64,000 nucleotides of DNA from a bacterium (GCA_046757025.1 JBHHXN010000014.1:1070-65069), one strand, 5' to 3'; positions 9,572 to 20,027 are shown, numbered from the stretch's first letter. The notes: generated by a model not told the origin, from the sequence alone. Made by a program: numbers and translations.

Positions 9572-10702
9572 ATGAACAAGAATAAAAATACCGTCGTCGT
9601 CGCCATGAGCGGCGGAGTGGACAGCAGTGTGGCGGCGGCTTTGCTGCACGAAAGAGGCTATCAGATCATCGGCGTGACCATGAACCTGTGGGATTACGAC
9701 CGGGTGGGCGGCAATGTCAATCGCGACAGCGGCTGCTGCTCTCTCGACACCATGGACGACGCACGGGCGGTCTGTCATACTTTGGGTGTTCCTCATTATG
9801 TGGTTAACTTTCGCAATGAGTTTGAAGCGGCGGTCACCGATAATTTTATTTCCGAATACATGGAAGGCCGCACTCCAAATCCTTGCGTGCGCTGCAACAC
9901 GTACCTCAAGTGGGGAGTGCTGCTGAAAAAAGCGGAGGAATTGGGCGCTGACAAAATTGCTACCGGTCACTATGCGCGTACTTTTTTTGATGAAGAGCGC
10001 GGCCGCTATTTGCTGAAACGCGGCAAAGATATTCACAAGGACCAGTCATACGCGCTGTGGGGAATTCAGCAAAACGGGCTGGCCCGAACCCTTTTCCCGG
10101 TAGGAGAATTTGAGAAGGAAGAAATCCGACAAATCGCCCGCCGTCTGGGTTTGCGCACTGCAGACAAGAAAGAGAGTCAGGAGATTTGTTTTATCCCGGA
10201 TAACGATTACGCGCGCTATCTCCGGAAAAAAGTGCCAAGCCTGCAGCAAAGTCTGGCAGGTGGGGAAATTTATCATGAAAACGGCCAGCGATTGGGAAAG
10301 CATTTTGGCTATCCATTTTACACCATCGGCCAGCGTAAAGGACTGGGCATCGCGGTGGGCAAGCCGGTGTACGTTACGGAAATCGACGCGCCAAACAATC
10401 GCATCAAAGTAGGCAGCAACCGCGACCTGGAGCACGTGGGTTTGATTGCGGAAAATCTCAACTGGATCGCCATTGAGAAGCTCACGCATGAGATGACGGT
10501 AGAAGCCAAAATCCGCTACAACGACCCTGGCGCGCCGGCGCACATTCGGACGATTTCAAACGGTACGGTAGAGGTAAAGTTTGTGCAGCCGCAGAGAGCG
10601 GTGACTCCGGGGCAGTCCGTGGTTTTTTACCAGGACGACGTGGTCATCGGCGGCGGCGTCATCAAATCGTACTTGAAAAATTGGGAGAAATCGCACCAAT
10701 GA
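9572..10702 (+). CDS. mnmA: tRNA-specific 2-thiouridylase (tRNA U34 2-thiolation)
   Basis: The PP-loop '[18 protein letters not shown]' and the full-length MnmA architecture are present. Confidence 0.9.
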   Translation: MNKNKNTVVVAMSGGVDSSVAAALLHERGYQIIGVTMNLWDYDRVGGNVNRDSGCCSLDTMDDARAVCHTLGVPHYVVNFRNEFEAAVTDNFISEYMEGRTPNPCVRCNTYLKWGVLLKKAEELGADKIATGHYARTFFDEERGRYLLKRGKDIHKDQSYALWGIQQNGLARTLFPVGEFEKEEIRQIARRLGLRTADKKESQEICFIPDNDYARYLRKKVPSLQQSLAGGEIYHENGQRLGKHFGYPFYTIGQRKGLGIAVGKPVYVTEIDAPNNRIKVGSNRDLEHVGLIAENLNWIAIEKLTHEMTVEAKIRYNDPGAPAHIRTISNGTVEVKFVQPQRAVTPGQSVVFYQDDVVIGGGVIKSYLKNWEKSHQ

Positions 10703-11484
10703 AACGACTGCTCACCATCGCGGGTTCGGACTCCGGTGGCGGCGCCGGCATCCAGGCGGATCTCAAAACCTTTCATGCTTTTAAATGTTATGGCATGTCG
10801 GTGCTCACCGCGCTCACAGCTCAAAATACCCTGGGGGTGCACGGCGTGCACGACCTGCCGCCGGCATTTGTGGAGCTGCAACTGCAATCGGTGGTCGAAG
10901 ATATCGGCGTGGACGCGGCCAAAACCGGGATGCTGTCCAATGCCGAAATCATCCACGTTCTGGCAGAAAACCTGAAGGATATGCAGGTGCCACATCTGGT
11001 GGTAGATCCGGTGATGCGCGCCAAAGGCGGCGATCCCTTGCTGCGAGAGGATGCCCAGCAAGCGCTTATTGAAGAGATCGTACCGCTGGCGGAAGTTATC
11101 ACCCCCAATATTCCCGAGGCCGAAACGCTGGCAGGTATCTCCATCCGAACCAAAGATGATATGAAAAGAGCAGCTAAAATCATTCATGAAAAAGGCGCAA
11201 AAAATGTCCTGCTCAAGGGCGGGCATCGAGAACAGGATGCGCTGGATATCTTATTCGATGGCCAGGAGTTCACAGAATATTTTGCCGAGAAAATTCCCAC
11301 GAAAAATACCCACGGTACCGGCTGCACCTATTCCGCCGCCATCGCCGCCAACCTGGCCCTGGGAAAAAACGTCAAAGACGCCATTGCGGCTTCGAAAGCC
11401 TTTATCAATCGCGCCATTCAAAACAGTCTATCGATAGGGCAGGGTATCGGACCGTTAAATCATTTTGTCGAAAGTGGCGCCTGA
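10699..11484 (+). CDS. thiD: Hydroxymethylpyrimidine/phosphomethylpyrimidine kinase
   Basis: '[22 protein letters not shown]' and '[17 protein letters not shown]' are ThiD/PdxK-family motifs. The ATG overlaps the mnmA stop (ATGA). Confidence 0.85.
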   Translation: MKRLLTIAGSDSGGGAGIQADLKTFHAFKCYGMSVLTALTAQNTLGVHGVHDLPPAFVELQLQSVVEDIGVDAAKTGMLSNAEIIHVLAENLKDMQVPHLVVDPVMRAKGGDPLLREDAQQALIEEIVPLAEVITPNIPEAETLAGISIRTKDDMKRAAKIIHEKGAKNVLLKGGHREQDALDILFDGQEFTEYFAEKIPTKNTHGTGCTYSAAIAANLALGKNVKDAIAASKAFINRAIQNSLSIGQGIGPLNHFVESGA

Positions 11485-11534
11485 ACGGTTGCCGGTATTT
11501 TGGGCGCAAAAAAAAACGGACACAGAAAAACCGC

Positions 11535-12089
11535 ATGAAGTTGAATCGCATCACCATAACGACGGTAAGTTTGTTTGCGGGTCTGGCGTTCGCCGGCGGC
11601 TACCTTTTTATCGCCATCCCCAATGTGGAAATATTTACCGCCGTGGTGTTTGTAGCGGGGGTTTTATTGGGTGCGCGCAACGGCGCCCTGGTGGGCATCA
11701 TCGCTCAAACGTTTTTTTCGTTGCTGAATCCGTTTGGCATGTCGCTGCCGCCTTTGCTGCTTGCCCAGGTTTTGAACCGCGCCCTGGTGGGTTATGCCGG
11801 CGGCAAGCTGCGGAATTTCTCAGACTTCAGTCAGATGAACTGGAAGAACTGCGCCATGCTGGGATTGACGGGTCTGGTTTTAACCTGGCTTTATGATCTC
11901 ATGGCGTATCTCAGCTTCTTTTTTATTTCGGGGTTTTCAATGGATCAAATGAAAACCACTTTTGCTCTGGGGCTGCCATTTTACCTCATTCACGGTCTGG
12001 TAAATACGGCCATATTTGTGTTGGTACTTCCGCTTTTGATTCGCGGATTACTCAGAATCGAATTCCTTAATACCGCCAGATTGAGTTGA
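11535..12089 (+). CDS. Small polytopic membrane protein, probably an ECF-type S component (substrate-capture subunit). The substrate is unknown and may be a thiamine precursor given the thiD neighbour.
   Basis: 184 aa with ~5-6 hydrophobic helices. A Gly-rich first helix and an overall profile like ECF S components. It lies immediately downstream of thiD. Confidence 0.45.
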   Translation: MKLNRITITTVSLFAGLAFAGGYLFIAIPNVEIFTAVVFVAGVLLGARNGALVGIIAQTFFSLLNPFGMSLPPLLLAQVLNRALVGYAGGKLRNFSDFSQMNWKNCAMLGLTGLVLTWLYDLMAYLSFFFISGFSMDQMKTTFALGLPFYLIHGLVNTAIFVLVLPLLIRGLLRIEFLNTARLS

Positions 12090-13975
12090 AATTGCTTGCC
12101 AAAACGTCCGTTCTTTTGTGGTGTCTTATTTCGTTTCTAATTTTGGTTAATCCACTTGCTTCACAAGAGACCCGCCCCACTGACAGCGATTCAACTTCGC
12201 GTGTAAAATTAGATACCACGCGTAAAATCGCTGCGGATTTTTCAGAACCCTGGCAGGTTCATGCCACGGAAACCGCGGAATTGATCGCCGAAGATGTGGG
12301 CGATTATGTGCAGCTTTTCCCAAACATCCAGTCGCTGGATTTAGGCAGCCTGGGGCAATTTTCACCGCTTTCCTTTCGCGGCGCGTCGCCGCAACAGGCC
12401 GCCATTTTATTCGATGGTTTTGAGTGGGTGGAGCCCATCGGCGGTTTTCTAAACCCCACCAATATACCGATCAACTTAATAGACAATTTGCAATTTCGCG
12501 GCGTCGGTGCCTTTGAGAACACCGGTGTGCTGGGGCCGGCTGGCGTGCTGCAAATCCAGACCTACGATTTCCAATCCGCGCGGCCCTACTCAAAAGTGCT
12601 GTTCCGAGCGGGCGACTGGGGGTACAGCGACCTGGGCGTCATATTTGGCCTGCCCGTCTCCAACAAGTCTCGCTTTGTCATCAGCGGCAACAGGCAGGAG
12701 CTGGACGGTTTCGAAATCAACCGCAAGCACGCAAATTCGCGCATCCTGACCCGGTTCTCAGTGCAGCCGCGGGCAAATTTGAGTTTAATCTACACGGGGT
12801 TTATCAACAAAGACGATGTGAAAGTGCCGGCGCCGCTGGCGCCAGATCTCCTTCCTCGGCTCACGGCTCCCAAACGCAAAGAAAAGCGCTTCGACCAGAT
12901 GCTGCACATCAAATGGGAGGACGGAAACGACAACGGTAAACGATTCGACGGGCGAATCATTTTCTCTAAAATTCGCCAGCGGACGTTTGATGATTCTCTG
13001 TTGTTCAATATCCGAGATCTGACATTGAGCCTCAACGCCCGCTATCAATTAGCGGTTGGCGCGCACACGCTGATTGCCGGCGGGGAAATTCGCCTGGATG
13101 ATTTTGAAAGCTTGAAAATTTCACCGCAGTCGGACCAGAAAGTTAAATTATTTGTACAGGATGCCTTTCAGATTGCGAGTAAAGCGGCTTTGGAATTGCA
13201 GGCACAGGTGGAAAAACACAGCGACCACGCAGCTGTTTTGAACTGGTCGGCGCGGGTAAATTATGGCCTGGCAGAAAACGGCCAGCTCTGGCTGGGCTGG
13301 CAGCAAAGTCGTCGTTATCCCAGCTTTGTGGAACGCTTCTGGCCGACACTGCTTTTTCGCGGCAATCCGGCGCTGGCCGCAGAGAAAGTAATGAACTTCG
13401 AATTGGGTTATCAAATGCAAAATTCGAAAAAGATGGTTTTGCAAGCGTCGGTGTTCGCCCGCCGTACGCGGAATTGGATAACCGCTGCAGCTCTGGATTC
13501 TTCCATCAAATTGTTCAACGCAGTCAATCTGGGCGTGCGCACCCTTGCGGGCATCGAGGCCAAATTTAACTGGAATTTTTACCGTACCGGCAAGTTCGGC
13601 GCCATCGCTTCCTATCTAAAAGTAAAAGAAACCGCGCGTGAAAAGCGTTTACGGGTTCCCGAAATCAACTTTTACAGTTATTTTGAAATCGGCCGTAATT
13701 TTTTTGAGGAGTATGTTTTCATTAAACTGCGGTTGGTGAACCGAATTTACGGCACGCGCTGGGGCCCGTTCTATTCTTTTGGCGCTTCTTTTCCAACTAT
13801 GGCCAAACGAGATCTAAATGTCCTTTTCGATGGGCAGCTCACCTTCCAATTTTCAGACGCCCGACTTTTGATTTCCATGGAAAACATCACGGACGCACGT
13901 TATCAATTGGTGCCGGGCTTTTTCATGCCGCCCAAAACCTTGCGTTTCGGTATAGAGTGGGAATTCTGGGATTGA
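12086..13975 (+). CDS. TonB-dependent-receptor-like outer-membrane protein (plug + β-barrel)
   Basis: Signal peptide present. The plug-like region reads 'LSFRGASPQQAAILFDGFEWVEPIGG'. The barrel has alternating residue pattern and ends in '...RFGIEWEFWD'. Confidence 0.55.
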   Translation: MKLLAKTSVLLWCLISFLILVNPLASQETRPTDSDSTSRVKLDTTRKIAADFSEPWQVHATETAELIAEDVGDYVQLFPNIQSLDLGSLGQFSPLSFRGASPQQAAILFDGFEWVEPIGGFLNPTNIPINLIDNLQFRGVGAFENTGVLGPAGVLQIQTYDFQSARPYSKVLFRAGDWGYSDLGVIFGLPVSNKSRFVISGNRQELDGFEINRKHANSRILTRFSVQPRANLSLIYTGFINKDDVKVPAPLAPDLLPRLTAPKRKEKRFDQMLHIKWEDGNDNGKRFDGRIIFSKIRQRTFDDSLLFNIRDLTLSLNARYQLAVGAHTLIAGGEIRLDDFESLKISPQSDQKVKLFVQDAFQIASKAALELQAQVEKHSDHAAVLNWSARVNYGLAENGQLWLGWQQSRRYPSFVERFWPTLLFRGNPALAAEKVMNFELGYQMQNSKKMVLQASVFARRTRNWITAAALDSSIKLFNAVNLGVRTLAGIEAKFNWNFYRTGKFGAIASYLKVKETAREKRLRVPEINFYSYFEIGRNFFEEYVFIKLRLVNRIYGTRWGPFYSFGASFPTMAKRDLNVLFDGQLTFQFSDARLLISMENITDARYQLVPGFFMPPKTLRFGIEWEFWD

Positions 13976-14027
13976 GGTTAGATTTAAAATAAATTAAAAC
14001 AGATTTATCCTTCATAATAATTTTTTC

Positions 14028-14056
14028 TTGACATTGCTGTTGCTTTCAATTATATT
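14028..14056 (+). promoter_or_regulatory. σ70-type promoter: TTGACA, 17 nt, TATATT
   Basis: Consensus -35 (14028-14033) and near-consensus -10 (14051-14056) with 17-nt spacing, ~25 nt upstream of the riboswitch. Confidence 0.5.
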
Positions 14057-14079
14057 GCGCTAATCAATTAAACAATACA

Positions 14080-14300
14080 CGGGTAATTCCAAGAAATTGG
14101 GAGATAGGAAGCCGGTGAGAATCCGGCGCTGCCCCGCAACTGTAAGCAGCTACGAACGCTTGAAGCGCCACTGTTCTGCAGGCATCACGAGATGACGAAA
14201 AAAGTCAGAATGGGAAGGCAAAGCAAGTAGGAATGAAGCTGTAAGCCAGGAGACCTGCTCGTGGAATCTTTCGAGGGAAAGGCTGAGCATGTGCAAAGAT
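14080..14300 (+). promoter_or_regulatory. Cobalamin (AdoCbl) riboswitch aptamer
   Basis: 'GGAAGCCGGTGAGAATCCGGCGCTGCCCCGCAACTGTAA' matches the conserved cobalamin-riboswitch core. The B12 box 'GTAAGCCAGGAGACCTGC' lies at 14241-14258. 'GCCACTG' is present. Confidence 0.75.
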
Positions 14301-14304
14301 AATT

Positions 14305-14348
14305 TCATCCCTGATTTCCAATCCCCGGAAGTAAGGGATTTTTTTTGT
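14305..14348 (+). terminator. Intrinsic terminator serving as the riboswitch expression platform
   Basis: 13-bp imperfect stem (ATCCCTGATTTCC / GGAAGTAAGGGAT) with a 7-nt loop, followed by T9 (14340-14348). Confidence 0.6.
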
Positions 14349-14513
14349 GTGCCCTCGCCGGCTCCGTTATTGCACACGAAAACGATTGCTTCCACTGATT
14401 TTCATTCCTCTGTCATGGCCAGCCAACCCACTTTTATGGTGGTTTCTGCTTAACAGGGTGTTCAGGTTTTATCCTGATCGCAGAAGCCGTTATTAAATTA
14501 AAAGGAGGTTGAT

Positions 14514-16685
14514 ATGGATAATCCAAAACGACTTGTCGCACTGATTTTTCTGTTGTTCATGGTTCCGATTGCCGGCCATGCCCAAAATGGGACTTTTTCA
14601 GGTTATGTTCGCGATCAATATTCACAGGAGCCGCTGCCGGACGTCAACATTGTGCTGGTCGGCACCCCCTATGGCGCCTCATCCAACAACGCGGGTTATT
14701 TTGAAATAAAAGCCCTGCCAGTTGGAAAATACCTCATTCAAGTCAGCAGAATTGGGTATGCCACCCTGCAGCAAGAAGTGGTTATCAAGCCCGATCAGGG
14801 CAACCGGCAGAATTTTCAATTGCGAGCACAGGCGGTTTTGTTCAACGAAGTTCTGGTTACCGCCACCCGAGAGAAGGCGTTAAATTCGGAAGTTTCGGTG
14901 GCCACGGATATTATCCCGCGATCTGAAATTGACCGGAGTGCTTCGCAAAACATCGGGGAAATTTTGGAGAGCTTGAGTCATGTGTTTGTCAAAAACTACG
15001 GCAACCTCGGGGCTTTAAAAACCGTGACCATGCGCGGTGCCAGCGAAAATCAGGTGCTGATATTGCTCGATGGACAAAGGCTAAACCTGGCGCAGGGCAT
15101 TGCGCCGGATCTGAGCGACATTCCCGTGCACGCCATCGAACGCATCGAAGTCACGCGTGGCGGCAATTCCGCGCTTTATGGCACCGACGCCATCGGCGGG
15201 GTGATCAATTTGATCACCCGCGGGCGCTTCAACCAAAAAGCCGTGAACGGAGGTTTCAATTCTACCATCGGCTCTTTTGGAACCCGCATTGTTTCGGCCA
15301 ATTTTGGCCAGACCCTGGGTGCGTTTAACTATTTTGTTGCTCACGAATATGCCGAAAGCGACGGCGACTTTCGATTTGAGAATGACAATTCAGAAAAAGT
15401 CAAACGCAGCAACAACAACCTCAAGTGGAACGACACGTTCGTAAAACTCAATTACTCACTTAACCCATCCACCTATTTCAGTGGCTATTTGCAGCTCCAC
15501 GACGCCGACCGCGGCGTGCCCGGGCCGTTGAGTTTTCCTTCAGAAAGCGCCACGCAAAAAGACAACTCAAAGAAATTCAATTTTAAATTTGACAAATATT
15601 TTTCCACCGGTTTAAATTTACAAGTGCAGACTTTCTTTTATCACACCATACAAAATTTTGACGATTCATCGGCTTTTTTCCCCATTCATAGTCTGCACAA
15701 AAATGACGCCTTTGGCTTCAGTTTGCAATCCAATTGGCGGCAGACCAAATTCAGCGAGTTCACCGGAGGCGTGGAATATCGGCAGGATAAAATCAACAGC
15801 ACCGATGTGGCCAAACAAAAGCAAACCATCGGCAGCGCGTTTGTGCAGAATGAGTTTAAGTTCCCTCTGGAGAACCTGTGGTCGCACAGCCACTTGAGTT
15901 TGGTGCCCGCTTTTCGAGTGGACAAAGTCACCGGCGAGGAAGCTCAGTGGAGTCCGAAATTCGGGTTTCATTTCAGTCATGCTTCCAATTATCAATTTAT
16001 CGTTCGCGGGAATTGGGGGCGATCTTTCCGGGTGCCGTCTTTTAACGATCTCCACTGGCCGGCTGGTTCGTTTACCGCGGGCAACCCCGATCTGGTTCCG
16101 GAGGAAGGCACAAGCTATGATTTCGGAATGATGCTGAATTTTCAAAAGGCTGCGTACTGGGGGTTCGAAATCAGCTTTTTTCAAACGCAGCTGGATAATT
16201 TGATTTTATGGGGTCCGCGGGCAGATGGCGTCTGGAGTCCGGATAACCTACAAAAAGCCAGTATCCGCGGATTGGAATTGAAATTCACCGTCCGGGATCT
16301 GGGCCGCTTCTTCAATCTCGTTGTTCGACACAATTACCTCCGCGCCGTGGACAACAGCGAGGATTCCAGTTTGAACGGCAGAACCCTGGTGTATCGACCG
16401 TCACATAAACTGGATCTCACGGCCGATTTTGATTTTGAATTCGTGACGTTTAATTGGATCTATCAGTATGTGGGCAAAAGATTCACTGCTCCGGACAACA
16501 GCACCTCTTTGACGGCGTATCATTTAAACCATCTTAGTCTGGTGAGGAGGCAATCCTTGTGGGGCGGGACGTTGAAAATCAGCGGGGAAATTCGCAACCT
16601 GTTTGATGATGAGCAGGTACAGGTCATCGCCGGATTTCCTATTTCCGGTCGGGAGTATCGAACGGTTCTGGGGTTTGAATTCTGA
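14514..16685 (+). CDS. TonB-dependent receptor, SusC/BtuB-like (CarboxypepD_reg-like N-domain + plug + 22-strand barrel). Probable cobalamin/corrinoid receptor.
   Basis: Signal peptide present. The 'GYVRD...PLPDVNIVLVG...GYFEIKALPVGKYLIQVSRIGY' N-domain, a plug ('TMRGASENQVLILLDGQRLN') and a C-terminal '...VLGFEF' are all present. Preceded by the cobalamin riboswitch. Confidence 0.8.
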   Translation: MDNPKRLVALIFLLFMVPIAGHAQNGTFSGYVRDQYSQEPLPDVNIVLVGTPYGASSNNAGYFEIKALPVGKYLIQVSRIGYATLQQEVVIKPDQGNRQNFQLRAQAVLFNEVLVTATREKALNSEVSVATDIIPRSEIDRSASQNIGEILESLSHVFVKNYGNLGALKTVTMRGASENQVLILLDGQRLNLAQGIAPDLSDIPVHAIERIEVTRGGNSALYGTDAIGGVINLITRGRFNQKAVNGGFNSTIGSFGTRIVSANFGQTLGAFNYFVAHEYAESDGDFRFENDNSEKVKRSNNNLKWNDTFVKLNYSLNPSTYFSGYLQLHDADRGVPGPLSFPSESATQKDNSKKFNFKFDKYFSTGLNLQVQTFFYHTIQNFDDSSAFFPIHSLHKNDAFGFSLQSNWRQTKFSEFTGGVEYRQDKINSTDVAKQKQTIGSAFVQNEFKFPLENLWSHSHLSLVPAFRVDKVTGEEAQWSPKFGFHFSHASNYQFIVRGNWGRSFRVPSFNDLHWPAGSFTAGNPDLVPEEGTSYDFGMMLNFQKAAYWGFEISFFQTQLDNLILWGPRADGVWSPDNLQKASIRGLELKFTVRDLGRFFNLVVRHNYLRAVDNSEDSSLNGRTLVYRPSHKLDLTADFDFEFVTFNWIYQYVGKRFTAPDNSTSLTAYHLNHLSLVRRQSLWGGTLKISGEIRNLFDDEQVQVIAGFPISGREYRTVLGFEF

Positions 16686-17194
16686 TGCACACCTGACGGA
16701 TTTCCGCCGGCCAATGCACGAAGGCGGCTAAGCGGTTGGATGCGGCCTGAGCAATTTTTCTTGGGCGCCTTCGTGTATGAGGTTTTTTCCTGTTTTGATG
16801 AATTTTTTATTGAGTGCATAGTCATCTGAGGCATTAATGGCCTCCATTTGCATTTTAAGGTAAGTGTTTCTTTATTCCTGCCGATAAAAATAACCACAAT
16901 GATTGGTAAGAAATTACACATCAGGCATTTTCACGAAAATTTTATCTCATAAAATAAAGCAAATCGAGCTTTTTGAACAAATATGAATCAAAGGATGAGG
17001 TAATTTTTAAATTAAGATGTAACTTTACAATCACTTGGCGTATATTCGAGCAAATTTTCGGGTAAATTTTCTTTACAAATAAAATCCCAGAAACCACGGG
17101 TAAATTTGTAAATTAAATGTTAAAATACTTTAACCTGCCTTCATCAAAAATTGCTTGACAATAAACATATTAAATTGTATTTTTCGATGTAAAA

Positions 17195-17220
17195 TGGTCG
17201 ATTATCGACCACTTTTTTTT
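17195..17220 (+). terminator. Orphan intrinsic terminator: TGGTCGA-TTA-TCGACCA followed by T8
   Basis: Perfect 7-bp stem followed by T8. It lies 510 bp after the receptor gene and 360 bp before the next CDS. Confidence 0.4.
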
Positions 17221-17581
17221 GTTCTCATATTGGAGCTTTATAAAACAACCGTTGAATTTTTTCAAGTATCCCGAAGCTCACTCTTCATTTTCATTCTTTT
17301 TTTAATCAATGCTTAATTTGACGGAATTGACCACAAAAAATGGAAATGATGATCAAACCGCACATAAATTTACAGGAATAATCAGCAAATGAGACGAACC
17401 GTCCCTTCCAGGATGCAGATAGAAATCTTCGATTTAATAAACCGCCCGTTTGTACTAAACGAACTATCAAATCTGAAAAATCCAAAATGTTTGTTTAAGC
17501 GGCGATTTGATCCTTCGCAGGACGCACGAACTTCGGGATAAATTAGCGAGAGGCGCAAACCCATTCACTCAGCACAACATC

Positions 17582-18529
17582 ATGGCTAATAACTCCAAAA
17601 CAAAAACCATTCTGGTTGTTGATGATGTTCCGGTAAACATTCAACTACTGCACACTTACCTCAGCCCCAAGGGCTACCACATAATCTCAGCAAAAAACGG
17701 AATTGAAGCAATTGACATGGTGCGAAAACATCGCCCGGATTTGGTACTTTTGGACGTGATGATGCCGCAGATGAATGGATTTGAGGTGTGTGAAATCATT
17801 AAAGCCGATAAAGAGGTCAGTTTCATTCCCGTGATTCTGGTGACCGCTTTAAAGGAAGTGGAAGATAAAATCAAAGGCGAGAACTCAGGAGCAGATGATT
17901 TCCTGAGCAAGCCGTTTGACAAACAAGAGCTGCTGGTACGTGTGCGCTCGTTGTTGCGAATTAAAGAGTTGCACGACAAACTCAATGAAAAGATCATCGA
18001 ACTGCAGCATGCGAAAGAAGAACTACGCCGATTAGCCATCACAGATGGTTTGACCGGGTTGTACAATTATCGATATTTCAAGGAGCAGCTGCTTCAGGAA
18101 TTGAACCGCGCACGTCGGCACAAGCTCAATGTCTCACTGGTTATGATCGATATCGATCATTTTAAATGCTACAATGACAAAAATGGCCATCCTGCTGGTG
18201 ACTTGGTTTTGAAAAACATCGCCAAACTTTTGCGGGACAATGTCCGCAATATTGATTTAGCAGCCAGATACGGTGGGGAAGAGTTTTGTCTGGTTTTGAT
18301 CGAAACCAACAAACCCTCTGCGAAAATTGTAGCAGAAAAAATTCGCCGCCTGGTGGAGGAATTTACTTTTGACTATGAAGAATTTCAACCGCAAGGGAAA
18401 ATAACCATCAGCACGGGCCTGGCCACCTTTCCGGACGATGCTCAAGAATTTGATGGATTAGTAGAAAAGGCCGACAATCGATTGTATCAAGCAAAACAGA
18501 AGGGAAGAAACGTCATTTTTGTCGAATAA
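17582..18529 (+). CDS. Response regulator with a GGDEF diguanylate-cyclase output (PleD-like REC-GGDEF)
   Basis: REC signature 'ILVVDDVPVN...LVLLDVMMPQMNGFEV'. The GGDEF domain has an intact 'RYGGEEF' active site. The start may alternatively be 17507. Confidence 0.85.
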   Translation: MANNSKTKTILVVDDVPVNIQLLHTYLSPKGYHIISAKNGIEAIDMVRKHRPDLVLLDVMMPQMNGFEVCEIIKADKEVSFIPVILVTALKEVEDKIKGENSGADDFLSKPFDKQELLVRVRSLLRIKELHDKLNEKIIELQHAKEELRRLAITDGLTGLYNYRYFKEQLLQELNRARRHKLNVSLVMIDIDHFKCYNDKNGHPAGDLVLKNIAKLLRDNVRNIDLAARYGGEEFCLVLIETNKPSAKIVAEKIRRLVEEFTFDYEEFQPQGKITISTGLATFPDDAQEFDGLVEKADNRLYQAKQKGRNVIFVE

Positions 18530-18542
18530 ATGAGGGAAATTC

Positions 18543-20027
18543 ATGAAGGTACCTTTGCTGAAAAATGATTCCATTTTCAGAAAATTATTCCTGTTGCATT
18601 TTCTGATTGCAGTACTACCCATTGCCTTATCCTGGATTTATTTTCTATATATACGCAACAGCAAGACTCTGGGCAACGAAGAATTCATGCCTTTCGTGTA
18701 CTATGGCTTACTAATTTTGACGTTCATGCTGGCCATGATCGGGGCGTTTTATTTCAGCAAAAAATTGAGCAAGCCCATCACACAGTTCAAAAAAAGCGCG
18801 CTGGAAATCGCCCGCGGCAACTTTTCGCTGAAAGTCCGCGTTCAGTCCAAAGATGAAATTGGACGGCTTGCCATGATCTTCAACTATATGGTGGAAGAAG
18901 TCAGACGATTGAACGAAAAAAACCTTTACAAAATCATCAATGAAAAAAACAAAACCGAAACCATCCTGAAAAATATTGCCGACAGCGTCATCATCACGGA
19001 CCCGCAAAACAAAATTATTTTGATCAATTCCATCGCCAAAAAGCGATTTGGTTTGTCGGGTACGGATTTTTTAGAGCGGCCAGTTGATGAATTCATCCAC
19101 AATGAGGATCTGATCAAATTCATTCACAATATCAATGATCATACCATTGACGATACAGAAACCATTGAGATAACAGTTTACTCTCCCGGTGAGACCAAAC
19201 CGGAGATTTTGCAAGCTCGGGCCGCGCGCATCGAGGACGACAAAAAGGAGCTCATCGGTATCGCCACGATTCTCAGAGACATTACACGCGAAAAGGAAAT
19301 CGACCGTTTGAAGACCGAACTGGTTTCGTTGGTAGCACATGAGCTGCGCTCCCCGCTGACCTGCATCTCTGGGTTCAGCGAGCTTTTGTTGGATCAATCC
19401 ATCACCCACGAACAGTTGGAAGAGTATGCTTCAATCATTTTGAAGGAGTCGAACCGACTGAGTGATTTGATCAACAAATTTTTGGACATCTCCAAAATCG
19501 AAGCCGGCAAGAGCCAGTTGCGGAAGTCGCCGGTGGACATGAAGCTGCTGATTGACCGGGTGCTCGATTTCAATTCCCAGCTTTCGGAAAAGAAAAATAT
19601 TCACGTGAGTTTTGAATCGCCGTCGGAAGTGTCAACCATCTACGTCGATCGCGATATGATGGAGCAAGTGGTTTTGAATTTGTTCTCAAATGCGGTGAAG
19701 TACAGTCCGGAAAATACCGAGTTGACCATCCGCATCACGGAATTGGACGACAAACTCATCCTGGAGTTTGAGGACCGCGGCTACGGCATTTCAGAAGAAT
19801 CCTTACCCAAAATCTTCAACAAATTTTACCGCATCACGGACAACGATCAAATTCGTGATATTGCTGGATCGGGATTAGGGTTGTCGCTGGTGAAAGAAAT
19901 TGTGGAAATTCACCAGGGCAATATTCAGGTGAAAAGCAAGCTGGGTGAGGGCTCGAATTTTATCGTTACCCTGCCCAAAACGCCGGTTATGGAAGAAGAA
20001 TTGGCGCATCAGGCATTGCTAATCTGA
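18543..20027 (+). CDS. Sensor histidine kinase (TM-HAMP-PAS-HisKA-HATPase_c)
   Basis: Two TM helices. The HAMP-like region reads 'IARGNFSLKVRVQSKDEIGRLAMIFNYMVEEV'. The H-box is 'HELRSPLTCISGFSELL' and the G-boxes are 'GSGLGLSLVKEIVEIHQGNIQVKSKLGEGSNF'. Confidence 0.85.
   Translation: MKVPLLKNDSIFRKLFLLHFLIAVLPIALSWIYFLYIRNSKTLGNEEFMPFVYYGLLILTFMLAMIGAFYFSKKLSKPITQFKKSALEIARGNFSLKVRVQSKDEIGRLAMIFNYMVEEVRRLNEKNLYKIINEKNKTETILKNIADSVIITDPQNKIILINSIAKKRFGLSGTDFLERPVDEFIHNEDLIKFIHNINDHTIDDTETIEITVYSPGETKPEILQARAARIEDDKKELIGIATILRDITREKEIDRLKTELVSLVAHELRSPLTCISGFSELLLDQSITHEQLEEYASIILKESNRLSDLINKFLDISKIEAGKSQLRKSPVDMKLLIDRVLDFNSQLSEKKNIHVSFESPSEVSTIYVDRDMMEQVVLNLFSNAVKYSPENTELTIRITELDDKLILEFEDRGYGISEESLPKIFNKFYRITDNDQIRDIAGSGLGLSLVKEIVEIHQGNIQVKSKLGEGSNFIVTLPKTPVMEEELAHQALLI

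Noticed and set aside
11485-11534. Expected TPP riboswitch upstream of the ECF-S-like gene following thiD
   Set aside because: The 50-nt spacer has no 'CUGAGA' or 'GGGGUGCC' TPP-aptamer elements and is too short. None was seen upstream of mnmA/thiD either.
17155-17183. σ70-like promoter (TTGACA-17-TATTTT) in the spacer before the orphan terminator
   Set aside because: It would start transcription only ~5-10 nt before the terminator hairpin, giving a nonsensically short RNA. A chance match in AT-rich DNA.
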